Positions 1-8,981 are shown, numbered from the stretch's first letter. The stretch is 38,791 nucleotides of DNA from an uncultured Lichenihabitans sp. (GCA_964247575.1 CAXTVD010000002.1:1-38791); one strand, 5' to 3'. Notes: generated by a model from the sequence alone, not told the origin. Translations and numbers: made by a program.

Positions 1-994
1 CGATCTTGCCGGGGTGCACGTTCTTCTTGGTCCACGACATTTCCGAGACGTGGATCAGGCCTTCGATGCCGGGTTCGAGTTCGACGAACGCACCGTAATC
101 GGTGATGTTCGTGACGCGGCCGTTGAAGCGCGCCTCGATCGGGTACTTGGCTTCGATGCCCTGCCACGGATCGTCCAGCAGCTGCTTCATGCCGAGCGAG
201 ATGCGGTGCGTCTCGTGATTGATCTTGATGATCTTCACTTTCACCGTCTGGCCGATGGTGAGAACCTCGGTCGGATGGTTGACGCGGCGCCAGGCGATGT
301 CGGTGACATGCAGCAGGCCGTCGATGCCGCCGAGGTCCACGAAGGCGCCGTAATCCGTGATGTTCTTCACGGTGCCGTCGATGATCTGGCCCTCTTCGAG
401 GTTGGCCACGATCTCGTGACGCTGCTCGGCGCGGGACTCTTCCAGCACGGTGCGGCGCGACACGACGATGTTGCCGCGGCGACGGTCCATCTTGAGGATC
501 TGGAACGGCTGCGGCACGCCCATCAGCGGGGTCACGTCGCGCACGGGACGGATATCGACCTGGGAGCGGGGCAGGAAGGCCACCGCGCCGTCGAGGTCGA
601 CGGTGAAGCCGCCCTTCACCTGGTTGAAGATGACGCCCTCGACCTTCTCCTGCTTCTCGAAGGCCTTTTCGAGCTTGACCCAGCTCTCCTCGCGGCGCGC
701 CTTGTCACGCGAGATCACGGCCTCGCCGAGCGCGTTCTCGACCCGCTCGAGATAGACCTCGACCTCGTCGCCGACGACGGGGGCGGCCTCGCGGTTGGGG
801 CCGGTAAACTCCTTGAGGGCGACACGCCCCTCGGTCTTCAGGCCGATATCGATGACGGCCACATCCTTTTCGATGGCGACGATGATCCCTTTGACCACGG
901 TCCCTTCGAAGGCATCATTGCCGTAGCTCTCGTCGAGAAGTGCGGCGAAGTCTTCGCGCGTCGGAGCGCGCGAGGTGGAAACGACTGCGGACAT
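1..994 (-). CDS. rpsA: 30S ribosomal protein S1 (5' part; runs off the left edge)
   Basis: Manual translation from the ATG at 994 gives MSAVVSTSRAPTREDFAALLDESYGNDAFEGTVVKGIIVAIEKDVAVIDIGLKTEGRV..., followed by S1 repeats (GTVKNITDYGAFVDLGGIDGLLHVTDIAW). AGGAG Shine-Dalgarno upstream. Absent from the ORF track because there is no stop codon in the window. Confidence 0.97.
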   Translation of the reverse strand, partial: MSAVVSTSRAPTREDFAALLDESYGNDAFEGTVVKGIIVAIEKDVAVIDIGLKTEGRVALKEFTGPNREAAPVVGDEVEVYLERVENALGEAVISRDKARREESWVKLEKAFEKQEKVEGVIFNQVKGGFTVDLDGAVAFLPRSQVDIRPVRDVTPLMGVPQPFQILKMDRRRGNIVVSRRTVLEESRAEQRHEIVANLEEGQIIDGTVKNITDYGAFVDLGGIDGLLHVTDIAWRRVNHPTEVLTIGQTVKVKIIKINHETHRISLGMKQLLDDPWQGIEAKYPIEARFNGRVTNITDYGAFVELEPGIEGLIHVSEMSWTKKNVHPGKI

Positions 995-1008
995 TCAAGC
1001 TCCTGGAA

Positions 1009-1128
1009 GCTCCCCGGGAGGGAGCGACGCCGGCGGGTTGGTGCTTCGGGTGCTTGTCCAGCGCCGACGATCACCCGGACGGGCGATCCACCGCTCGTAC
1101 GAAGAGCGGGCCGGCGGAAGGCCGGCGT
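1009..1128 (-). promoter_or_regulatory. Putative structured 5' leader of rpsA
   Basis: Hairpins 1009-1014/1020-1025, 1069-1076/1081-1088 (G-U wobble only on the minus strand) and 1091-1096/1104-1109, plus an 8-bp enclosing stem 1027-1034/1121-1128. Confidence 0.5.
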
Positions 1129-1512
1129 GGTCAAGCAGGTTTTTGGCCCCGAGGGTCGCGCTCGTTCACGACGAGGCGCTCCGTGGAGCCACGCCAGCGC
1201 CATAGCAGAACGAGCCCCGAAGGGAAAGAGCGAAGAGCGATCGTAGTGGCGCAGCAACCACATGCGGTCGTCCTGGGCCGCCGGATGTCTGCAATTCCTG
1301 GCGCCTCACCCGTTTGGGTGATGACCGGCCCCCCGGGGCGTCTCTAATGTCCTGGCGGGCCGGACAAGAATATTCACGTGAGCCTGGATTTTAAGCTCAG
1401 GAAGGGGATTGTGACCGGCCCGCACCATGCCGGCTCGAACAGGCCGGGTGTACACCGCTTTCCGCGATCGCAGGCCTCGGCTGTGCTAAGCCGTTGCGAC
1501 GGGTTGAGTCTG

Positions 1513-1905
1513 ATGGCCGGGATGAGCAGCGACGGACTGATTGGCAGGGGACGCGGTGCTCTCGTACTGGCCGCGGTGGTTGCGCTCGGCCTGCCCGCGC
1601 CGCTGCGTGCGGCGGAGTCGTCCCTCGCTTCGGTCAAGCCCGTCGTCGGCCTGCGCGATTGCGGAAACGGCGGCATGGCCTTGCCGGGCTCCTCGACCTG
1701 CCTGCGCGTTGGCGGCTCGATCCGGTCGGACGCGACCGCCACGATCGGCGCGCGGAGCGGGACCGTGCATGACGGGCTGCGGTCGGTCACGCGTCTCACC
1801 TCGACGGCTCGCGTCGACCTTGACGTTCGCACGCCCACCGAATGGGGGCCGCTCCGGGCCTTCACGTCCGTGCGGCTTCGCTCCCCCGGCTCGAACCTGC
1901 GCTGA
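1513..1905 (+). CDS. Short Omp2/RopA (Porin_2)-like exported protein, N-terminal porin segment only
   Basis: Signal-peptide-like LVLAAVVALGLPAPLRA, then CGNGGMALPGSSTCLRVGGSIR and ARVDLDVRTPTEWGPLRAF, resembling the alphaproteobacterial porin motifs C..IPGT.TCLR and .D.RT.TE.G.L..F. Start uncertain (1513 or 1522). Confidence 0.65.
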   Translation: MAGMSSDGLIGRGRGALVLAAVVALGLPAPLRAAESSLASVKPVVGLRDCGNGGMALPGSSTCLRVGGSIRSDATATIGARSGTVHDGLRSVTRLTSTARVDLDVRTPTEWGPLRAFTSVRLRSPGSNLR

Positions 1906-2037
1906 GGGCGCCGTCCTTCGCCTGGAAAGGGACGGAGCCGATTCTCTCAAGCCATCGGCCCCGCGGGCGTGGCGTAACCGGGCTGTTAAGGCCGAAGGGG
2001 CATAACGGAGTCGTTTCCAGCTATCGTCCGGCTGCCC

Positions 2038-3573
2038 ATGCACAATCCGACCATCGAGCCGACCTTCATGCGGCGTTTCCACCTCGACGCCGTGGAGCGG
2101 GTGCTGGGCGGATTGTCCGCCACCCTGGTCCTGTGGCTGGCGATGGGTTCGCTGACGGCAATCTTCGCGATCTTCGCCTGCAATCTCTACCAGGCCCGGC
2201 TCGACGTCGCCGAGTCCGCCCGCACCGCGTCCAGCAACCTAGCCGGCGCGGTCGGCCAGCAGATTGCACGCGACCTCGCCGTACTCGATACATCCCTGCA
2301 GGACCTGCGCGACGGCGCGCAGAACCCGACCCTGATGGCGCTTCCCTCGCAGCTCCGTCAATTGACGCTGTTCGACAAGGCCGCCACGGCAAACGGTCTG
2401 GGGACCTTGCTGCTGCTCGATGCCAACGGGCGGGTCGTGGAGCAGGCCGGCTCCGAACAGCCGCCGCCGGTCGATTTCTCCCAGCAGAGCCTGTTCCAGG
2501 AGCAGGCGCGCGGCGGTGTCGGGCTCTTCGTGAGCCGGCCCTTCGTGTCACTGCTCGACGGCGAGCCCAGCATCGCGCTCACCCGTCGCGTCGAGCGGGA
2601 TGGCCAGTTCCTCGGCGTGGCGGTCGCCACGATCAGGACGTCCTACTTCAAGGACAGGCTGAGCCATCTCGACCTCGGGTCGAAGGGCACGATCTCGCTG
2701 TTTGCGACCGATGGCGCGCTGATCATGCGGCAGCCTTTCGCAGCATCGGCGGTCGGCTACGTCGCAGGCTCCGCCTCCTTTCTCCGGCGGATCGCGTCCG
2801 GCAAGGCGGGGATGACCGAAGACGTTTCGCCGATCGATGGAATCCGGCGACGGTTCTTCTACTGCCCGGTGGGGGCGCTGCCTCTGACCATCGTGCTCGG
2901 CCGCAGCGTGGACGAGATCTATGCGGCGTGGTGGCGACGGGCGGCGGCGACGGGCGTCGCCCTGCTGCTGCTGGGCAATCTGATCCTGGTGCTGATCGGG
3001 GCGCTGCAGATCGCCCTTCGTCACCGGGCGGTGGCCGAGGCCGAGCTGGCCGCCCTTGCGCGGACGGACAAGCTCACCGGGCTGGCCAATCGACGGCACT
3101 TCGATGAGACGCTGGACATCGAGTGGCGCCGCGCCGGTCGCAGCCGGCACAGCCTCGCCTTGCTGCTGCTCGACATCGACTACTTCAAGGATTTCAACGA
3201 CATTTTCGGCCATCAGGGGGGCGACGCGGTTCTGGCGGCCATGGGCGCCTGCCTCTCCCGCGTCCCGAAGCGTGCGGCCGACCTCGCGGCCCGCTATGGC
3301 GGCGAGGAGTTCGCCATCCTGCTTCCCCAGACGAGCGAAGCGGACTCCATGCGGATTGCCGAAACGATCGCGGCGCTGGTGCGCGATCTTCGGCAGCCGC
3401 ATCCGCGCTCGCCCTCGGCCATGCTGACGGTCAGCATCGGGGTCGCCGTCCTGTCGCCCGGCGAGACGCTCCGGCCGGCCGACCTCGTGCACCACGCCGA
3501 TGCTGCGCTTTACGAGGCCAAGCGCGCCGGGCGCAACCGGGTGATCCTCTGGCAGCCGCCGCTGGCCGCCTGA
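2038..3573 (+). CDS. Membrane-bound diguanylate cyclase (periplasmic Cache-like sensor + GGDEF)
   Basis: Two hydrophobic TM segments flank a ~250 aa sensor region; TDKLTGLANRR, DIDYFKDFND, RAAD I-site (RxxD) and GGEEF active site, ADAALYEAKRAGRNR. Confidence 0.93.
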   Translation: MHNPTIEPTFMRRFHLDAVERVLGGLSATLVLWLAMGSLTAIFAIFACNLYQARLDVAESARTASSNLAGAVGQQIARDLAVLDTSLQDLRDGAQNPTLMALPSQLRQLTLFDKAATANGLGTLLLLDANGRVVEQAGSEQPPPVDFSQQSLFQEQARGGVGLFVSRPFVSLLDGEPSIALTRRVERDGQFLGVAVATIRTSYFKDRLSHLDLGSKGTISLFATDGALIMRQPFAASAVGYVAGSASFLRRIASGKAGMTEDVSPIDGIRRRFFYCPVGALPLTIVLGRSVDEIYAAWWRRAAATGVALLLLGNLILVLIGALQIALRHRAVAEAELAALARTDKLTGLANRRHFDETLDIEWRRAGRSRHSLALLLLDIDYFKDFNDIFGHQGGDAVLAAMGACLSRVPKRAADLAARYGGEEFAILLPQTSEADSMRIAETIAALVRDLRQPHPRSPSAMLTVSIGVAVLSPGETLRPADLVHHADAALYEAKRAGRNRVILWQPPLAA

Positions 3574-3618
3574 GATCGTCCCGCCGCCATTCCCTCGTTC
3601 TTCGCCCCGGCGCCCGCT

Positions 3619-4770
3619 TCAGCGCAGCCCGGCGATGAGGCGCCGCATAAAGCCGATGCCTTCCTCGATCTGCCCGACGGCGACATACTCGTCAGGCTGG
3701 TGAGCCTGGTCGATGCTTCCCGGCCCGCAGATCACCGTGGGAATACCCGCCTGCTGAAAGCGGCCCCCCTCGGTCGCGAAGGAGACGCTCACGGTCTGGT
3801 TGCTGCGCGCGGCATGCTGGGCCAGCACGGCGGCCACCGAGCCGGGGTCGGCGATCAGACCGGGAACCTCGACTTCGACATCCATGACGATGCGGCCCTT
3901 GTCGGTGAACCGATTGAGCACGGGAAGGGCCTTTTCCGCGATGTAGCGCTCGATGTGACGATGGGCGGTGTCCAGCGGCACGGAAGGCAGACCCCGGAAC
4001 TCCCAGAGGAGATCGCAGCGCTTGGCCAGGATGTTGCGGGCCGTGCCGCCGTTGATCAGACCGACATGGACGGTCGAGAAGGGCGGGTCGAAGCGGCCGC
4101 TCGGATCGCCTTCGGCCTCGAACTGCAGATTCAGCCGGTTCATCTCGCTCGCGATGTCGCAGGCCGCCGCGATGGCATGCGCCCCCAGCATGGGCTTGGC
4201 CGAGTGGGCCTCGTGCCCCTCGACCCGGACCGAATAGGTGCAGACGCTCTTGTGCGAGTCGGCGACCTGCCACTCGGTCGGCTCTCCCACGATCGCGGCG
4301 CGCGGCCGGGGCAGGCTTTTGCCGAACTCGGCGATGATGTCCATCGAGCCGAGACAGGTGATCTCTTCATCGTAGCTCAGGACGATGTGGATCGGCACCG
4401 GCAGGCGCGCGGCTGTAAATTCCGGGATCATCGCCAGGATGAGGGCGTCGAAGCCCTTCATGTCGCAGGTGCCGCGTCCGTAGAGCCGATCCCCGTCCCG
4501 GCGCAATGTGAAGGGATCGCTGCTCCACGCCTGGTCGGTGACGGGCACGACGTCCGTGTGGCCGGACAGCACCACGCCCCCATCCACCATCGGGCCGATG
4601 GTCGCGACCAGCGCCGCCTTGTTCGCGCCCGGACTCGGCGCGAGCGAGAAGGAGACATCGTGGCTGCGGCAATGCTGAATGACCGTGTCGATCAAGGCAA
4701 GGTTGGACTTCGAGCTCTCCGTCTCGAAGGAGACCAGCTTCTCCATTAAGCCCATGACCGACTCGATCAC
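3619..4770 (-). CDS. argE: Acetylornithine deacetylase (M20 metallopeptidase family)
   Basis: LSGHTDVVP, GRGTCDMKGF, SYDEEI, IVGEPT, GPGSIDQAHQPDEY motifs. Confidence 0.88.
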   Translation of the reverse strand: MIESVMGLMEKLVSFETESSKSNLALIDTVIQHCRSHDVSFSLAPSPGANKAALVATIGPMVDGGVVLSGHTDVVPVTDQAWSSDPFTLRRDGDRLYGRGTCDMKGFDALILAMIPEFTAARLPVPIHIVLSYDEEITCLGSMDIIAEFGKSLPRPRAAIVGEPTEWQVADSHKSVCTYSVRVEGHEAHSAKPMLGAHAIAAACDIASEMNRLNLQFEAEGDPSGRFDPPFSTVHVGLINGGTARNILAKRCDLLWEFRGLPSVPLDTAHRHIERYIAEKALPVLNRFTDKGRIVMDVEVEVPGLIADPGSVAAVLAQHAARSNQTVSVSFATEGGRFQQAGIPTVICGPGSIDQAHQPDEYVAVGQIEEGIGFMRRLIAGLR

Positions 4771-4920
4771 GACAGGCTCGCCAACATCAGATCCGCTCCC
4801 CGGCGCCTCGCGGCCAGCAAAGCCCGATCACGCCGCTTCAGACCGGATCGGACCAGCTCCGCCGGCGCGTGACGCAGGCTGCTGGCTGCATCGGTCCGTT
4901 GCCGCTTCGCCTGGATCGGG

Positions 4921-4940
4921 CCGCAGCCCACCGCAGCCCA
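4921..4940. repeat. Exact 10-nt tandem duplication (CCGCAGCCCA x2) in the divergent argE/KGG intergenic region
   Basis: Read directly from the sequence; function unknown. Confidence 0.6.
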
Positions 4941-5025
4941 TTCTATCATGTCGTCCCTCTCAGGGAAAAGCAAAAGCGGCATCGCCGGCCGCACCGCGAC
5001 GGGGTGGGACATGAGGTCGAGTGCT

Positions 5026-5050
5026 GGAACTGGCCCCCCGCGGCAGCGTT
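5026..5050 (+). promoter_or_regulatory. EcfG/SigT (alphaproteobacterial general stress sigma factor) promoter
   Basis: GGAAC (5026-5030), 16 nt, CGTT (5047-5050), an exact match to GGAAC-N16/17-CGTT, 36 nt before a general stress protein gene. Confidence 0.85.
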
Positions 5051-5086
5051 CCTAAAGCAAGGGGCTTGCGAACAGGTCGGATACCG

Positions 5087-5374
5087 ATGACGACGCCAAA
5101 CCAGAGATCGACATCCACGCGAGGCTTCGCATCGATGGACGTCGAGAAACGACGGGCCATCGCACGCAAGGGCGGCGAAAGCGTGCCGAACGAGAAGCGC
5201 AGCTTTTCCCAGAACCCCGGTTTGGCATCGGAGGCCGGACGCAAAGGCGGGCGCAGCGTGACGCCGGAGAAGCGGAGCTTCTCCCAGGATCATGGCCTTG
5301 CGGCTCAGGCCGGCCGTAAGGGCGGTCACGCGTCCCACGTGGGCCTGCCCAAGCGCGAGGTCGAGACCGCTTAG
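5087..5374 (+). CDS. KGG-repeat general stress protein (GsiB/YciG/Con-10-like)
   Basis: RGFASMDVEKRRAIARKGG followed by two EKRSFSQ..GLA..AGRKGG repeats. Confidence 0.92.
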   Translation: MTTPNQRSTSTRGFASMDVEKRRAIARKGGESVPNEKRSFSQNPGLASEAGRKGGRSVTPEKRSFSQDHGLAAQAGRKGGHASHVGLPKREVETA

Positions 5375-6433
5375 TCAGCCTAGGGGCCAAGCCGGGCAGC
5401 CCGGAGCACAGGCGTCGCAGCGGCCCAGTCCCGCGATTTCGGCGATGAAAGGTCCCAGGGGGCGGGCGAGGGCAGCCCGCTTCTGCCAAACCATGCAGAG
5501 GTCCGGGTCGCCCTTGTCCAGCCAGACCACCCGCCGTCCCGGGGCGAGGTGGCGGCTGAGGAGGTCGACCAGAGTGTCGTCGTCCGCGCCGGCCGGCCAA
5601 CTCGCCTTCACCGACTCGCGGCGCGCGAAGCCGACCAGCAAGGGGGAGAGATCGGGGGCGCTCAAGACCACGTCGGCCGACTGCAGCGCCCGGATCGCGT
5701 GCAGCGTCAGACTGTCGGGATCGCCCGGGCCGGAGCCGACCAGGACGAGTTCGGCCCGGCTTTCGGCCGTGACCGGCGTTTCGATTGCCCTGCGGCACTG
5801 GTCGAGGTCGCCCCCGTCCGGCGGGCGGTCCGGCGCGGCAAGGGCCAGATCGGTGAAGGCCTCCCAGAAGCGGCGGCGGCGCTTGAAGTCGAGCCCGAGG
5901 GCCTGCACCGCCGGCCGCCAGTCGCGTGCAGCCTCGGCCCAGGCCTTCAGCCCTTGCGGCAGCAGGGCCTCGATCCTCGCGCGCAGCGCCTGTCCGAACA
6001 CCGGGGCCGCCCCGTCGGTCGAGATGCCGATGACCAGGGGCGAGCGACTGACGATTGTTCCGAACTGGAAGTCGCAGAAGGGCGGGTTGTCGATCACATT
6101 GACCGGCACGCCGCAACCGTGGGCCGCCTCCCTGAAGCGCGTGGCCTCGCCTGCATCCTCGATCGCGCCGATGGCGATCGCGGCGCCGACGAGATCGTCG
6201 GGCTCCCAGTCGCGCGCGACGAGGGTGATGGGACCGTCGGGCGGAGCCGCCGCGAGCGCGACGAGTTCGGCGCAGGGCTCCGCGGCATAGACGTCGACGC
6301 GAGCGCCGGCTGCCGACAGGAGTTCCGCCTTCCAGACCGCCGGCGCCGTTCCCCCCGCCAGGACCGCTCGCTTGCCGCCGAGCTTAAAGAAGACGGGGAG
6401 CGACGCGATCGGCTCCATGCGGACGGTCGTCAC
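5375..6433 (-). CDS. cysG: Siroheme synthase CysG-like protein (precorrin-2 dehydrogenase/ferrochelatase part plus truncated methyltransferase domain)
   Basis: LPVFFKLGGKRAVLAGG, VPVNVIDNPPFCDFQFGTIVSRSPLVIGISTDGAAPV, RRRFWE, then LVGSGPGDPDSLTLHAIRALQSADVV. At 352 aa it is shorter than full-length CysG. Confidence 0.8.
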   Translation of the reverse strand: MTTVRMEPIASLPVFFKLGGKRAVLAGGTAPAVWKAELLSAAGARVDVYAAEPCAELVALAAAPPDGPITLVARDWEPDDLVGAAIAIGAIEDAGEATRFREAAHGCGVPVNVIDNPPFCDFQFGTIVSRSPLVIGISTDGAAPVFGQALRARIEALLPQGLKAWAEAARDWRPAVQALGLDFKRRRRFWEAFTDLALAAPDRPPDGGDLDQCRRAIETPVTAESRAELVLVGSGPGDPDSLTLHAIRALQSADVVLSAPDLSPLLVGFARRESVKASWPAGADDDTLVDLLSRHLAPGRRVVWLDKGDPDLCMVWQKRAALARPLGPFIAEIAGLGRCDACAPGCPAWPLG

Positions 6434-6466
6434 GGGCTTGTCCTGCTCGAGCGGGGAGGCTTCATC

Positions 6467-8230
6467 TCAGAATCCGATGGCTGCTCCGGTTCGACTGCGC
6501 ACGTCCATCGCGCCGTAGAGGGCGTGGTGGGCCGTGGCGTCGCCCGGCAATGCGAGGGCATGGCTCGCGGCGTCCGGCTCGCCCAGGCCGGGCTCGCCCG
6601 TCAGGATGGCGGCCGCCATGCTCCACGGCTGGGTGACGGCCAGCCGGTAGCCCGATCGGACGAGGCTGGCCGCGGTATCGGCCGACAGCGCGTAGGGCTC
6701 GGCCTCGACGACGTCGGGCAGGCCTTGCATGTGAATGCGCGGGGCGTCGATTGCCTCGGAGAGCGACATGCGGTGGTCGACCAGATTGACGATCGTCTCC
6801 AGGACGGTGGTGATGATGCGCGATCCGCCCGGACTGCCGATGACGAGGACGAGCCGGCCGTCCTTGGAGACCACCGTCGGGCTCATCGAACTGAGCGGCG
6901 TCTTGCCGGGCTGGACCAGGTTGCCGGCTCCCTGCACCAGTCCATAGAGATTGCCCGAGCCGCGCCGGATGGTGAAGTCGTCCATCTCGTTGTTCATGAG
7001 GACGCCGCTCTCGCCCGCGACGCGATGCGCGCCGAACCAGCCGTTCAGCGTCGTCGTCACCGAGACGGCGTTGCCGGCGGCGTCGGCGACGGCGTAATGC
7101 GTGGTCTGCGGCTTCTCGTCCGGAGCGGCGTCGAGATCCGCGTTCCGGCCGGCCCGCTCCGGCGCGATCCGGCCGCGGAGGTCGGCCGCATAGGCCTTGT
7201 CAACGAGGTGAAGAACCGGGTTGGCCACGAAGGCCGGATCGCCCAGCGAGGCGTTGCGGTCGTGGTAGGCCTCGCGCATCGCCTCGGCCAGGACGTGGAT
7301 CTCGGCCGCCGAGTGGAACCCCATCCGGCCGAGGTCGTAGCCTTCGAGGATGTTCAACATCTCGCAGAGGGCGATGCCTCCGGAGCTCGGCGGCGGCGCG
7401 GACTGCACGGTGTAGCCGCGATAGGAGCAGTCCACCGTCGGCAACTCCCTGGTCCGATAGCCGGCTAGATCGGACTTGGTGATCAGCCCGCCCCCGGCGG
7501 CGCTGGCAGCCGTGATCGCGTCAGCGACAGGGCCGTCGTAGAACCCGGCGGAGCCCGCGATCCGGATCGCGTCCAGCGTATGGGCCAGATGGGGTTGGAC
7601 CAGCCGGTCGCCTGCCTGCGGCGCATGGCCGTCGTGCAGGTAGGTCGCGGCCGCCGCCGGGTCGCGCGCGAGGTCCTTTTCAGCGAAGTGGAAGAAATAG
7701 GCATCGCCTTCCGTCAGGACGAAGCCGTCGCGGGCCAGCGCGATCGCCGGGGCCATCAGCACATCGCGGGACAGGCTGCCGTAGCGCTCGCGGACCGTCT
7801 CGAGCCCCGCCACCGAACCGGGCACGCCCATGGCAAGCCAGCTGTCGGTCGACCGTCCCGGGACGACGGCGCCCTGCTCGTCGACAAACATCGAGGGGGT
7901 CGCGGCGAGGGGGGCCTTTTCCCGGAAATCCAGGAACGTCGTCCGCCCGTCCGCGAAGCGCAGCGTCATGAAGCCGCCGCCGCCGAGATTGCCCGCCGCC
8001 GGGTAGACCACGGCAAGGGCATAGCCCATGGCCACAGCCGCATCGACGACGTTGCCGCCCCGCTTGAGAATGTCGCTCCCGACCTGGCTGGCCAGCGCCT
8101 GTGCCGAGACGACCATCGCGTGATCCGCGGCGACCGGAGCCGGCGCGGCGGCCCGCGCCGTCTGCGGGGCAAAGGCCAGCAGGAGGGCAAGCAGCCCGAA
8201 GCGCAAACTCTGCCCGGCCGCCCCGCTCAT
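6467..8230 (-). CDS. ggt: Gamma-glutamyltranspeptidase, exported
   Basis: Signal peptide, GNLGGGGF, DFREKAP, nucleophile Thr in QTTHYAVAD, NNEMDDF, PLSSMSPT, GSPGGSRI. Confidence 0.95.
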   Translation of the reverse strand: MSGAAGQSLRFGLLALLLAFAPQTARAAAPAPVAADHAMVVSAQALASQVGSDILKRGGNVVDAAVAMGYALAVVYPAAGNLGGGGFMTLRFADGRTTFLDFREKAPLAATPSMFVDEQGAVVPGRSTDSWLAMGVPGSVAGLETVRERYGSLSRDVLMAPAIALARDGFVLTEGDAYFFHFAEKDLARDPAAAATYLHDGHAPQAGDRLVQPHLAHTLDAIRIAGSAGFYDGPVADAITAASAAGGGLITKSDLAGYRTRELPTVDCSYRGYTVQSAPPPSSGGIALCEMLNILEGYDLGRMGFHSAAEIHVLAEAMREAYHDRNASLGDPAFVANPVLHLVDKAYAADLRGRIAPERAGRNADLDAAPDEKPQTTHYAVADAAGNAVSVTTTLNGWFGAHRVAGESGVLMNNEMDDFTIRRGSGNLYGLVQGAGNLVQPGKTPLSSMSPTVVSKDGRLVLVIGSPGGSRIITTVLETIVNLVDHRMSLSEAIDAPRIHMQGLPDVVEAEPYALSADTAASLVRSGYRLAVTQPWSMAAAILTGEPGLGEPDAASHALALPGDATAHHALYGAMDVRSRTGAAIGF

Positions 8231-8375
8231 TCCGATGATCCGCGCGGGTCATGCCGCGACGCCGCGCCCGGCGCCGGGAAAGGATCACGGCTGTGTCCAG
8301 CTAGGCTCTGCGGCCGAGCAGGGCCTGTCGAGGGAGATAAGGCGATCGCCGGGCCAGCGTGACGCGCCGCCCGCA

Positions 8376-8981
8376 TCAGGTCAAAGACCCCGACGGCCCG
8401 AGGACCGGATCGGTCTCCAGCAGCGCGTAGAGCACGTGATCCTGCCAGCGCCCGTTGATCCGGAGATAGGAGCGCGCGAAGCCCTCGCGCTGGAAGCCCA
8501 CGCGCTCCAACACCCGCATGGAGGACGCATTATGCTCGAGGCAGGCCGCCTCCAGGCGATGCAGGCGGAGAGAGCCGAAGGCGAAATGGGCGGCCGCCCG
8601 GACCGCACGTCCCATATAGCCGCGGCCCGCGTAGCGTTCACCCATCCAATAACCGAGCGTCCCGGTCTGGGAGACGCCGCGCCTGATCTGCCCGATGGTG
8701 AGGCCTCCGACCAGAACCTCGTCGTCGCGAAAAACGAGCATGGGATAGGCTTCGTCGCTCTCGATCTCCTCGGCCTGGGCGCGCAGGCGTCGCCGGAAGG
8801 AGGCGCGGGTCAGGTCGTCGGCCGGCCAGATCGGCTCCCACGGCGTGAGGAACGTCCGGCTGCGCTCGCGAAGGATGCTCCACTGGTCGAAGTCCCGCAT
8901 CTCGGCGGGACGCAGCACGACGCCGTCGCCGCGCACCAGGGTCGTCGCCTCGTTGGGAAAACCGAGCCGGAACAGCGCCAC
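8376..8981 (-). CDS. RimJ-like GNAT N-acetyltransferase
   Basis: FLTPWEP, TLGYWMGERYAGRGYM, LHRLEAACLEHNASSMRVLERVGF, YLRINGRWQDH. GTG at 8981 has better GGAGG spacing than TTG at 8987. Confidence 0.88.
   Translation of the reverse strand: MALFRLGFPNEATTLVRGDGVVLRPAEMRDFDQWSILRERSRTFLTPWEPIWPADDLTRASFRRRLRAQAEEIESDEAYPMLVFRDDEVLVGGLTIGQIRRGVSQTGTLGYWMGERYAGRGYMGRAVRAAAHFAFGSLRLHRLEAACLEHNASSMRVLERVGFQREGFARSYLRINGRWQDHVLYALLETDPVLGPSGSLT

Noticed and set aside
14-1246. 410-aa plus-strand ORF
   Set aside because: Antisense shadow of rpsA; the real gene is on the minus strand.
1974-1990. Possible CtrA box upstream of the diguanylate cyclase (GTAA-N8-TTAA)
   Set aside because: Spacing is 8 rather than 7 and one half site is imperfect.
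5150-5330. Internal nucleotide repeats considered as a possible CRISPR or repeat array
   Set aside because: They are the coding KGG repeats of the stress protein; there is no repeat-spacer structure and no cas gene.
5549-7468. 639-aa plus-strand ORF and similar long Arg/Gly/Ala-rich ORFs (3700..4749, 10348..11940, 14849..16210, 23955..25853, 30716..32323)
   Set aside because: All overlap well-supported genes on the opposite strand and lack domain signatures.
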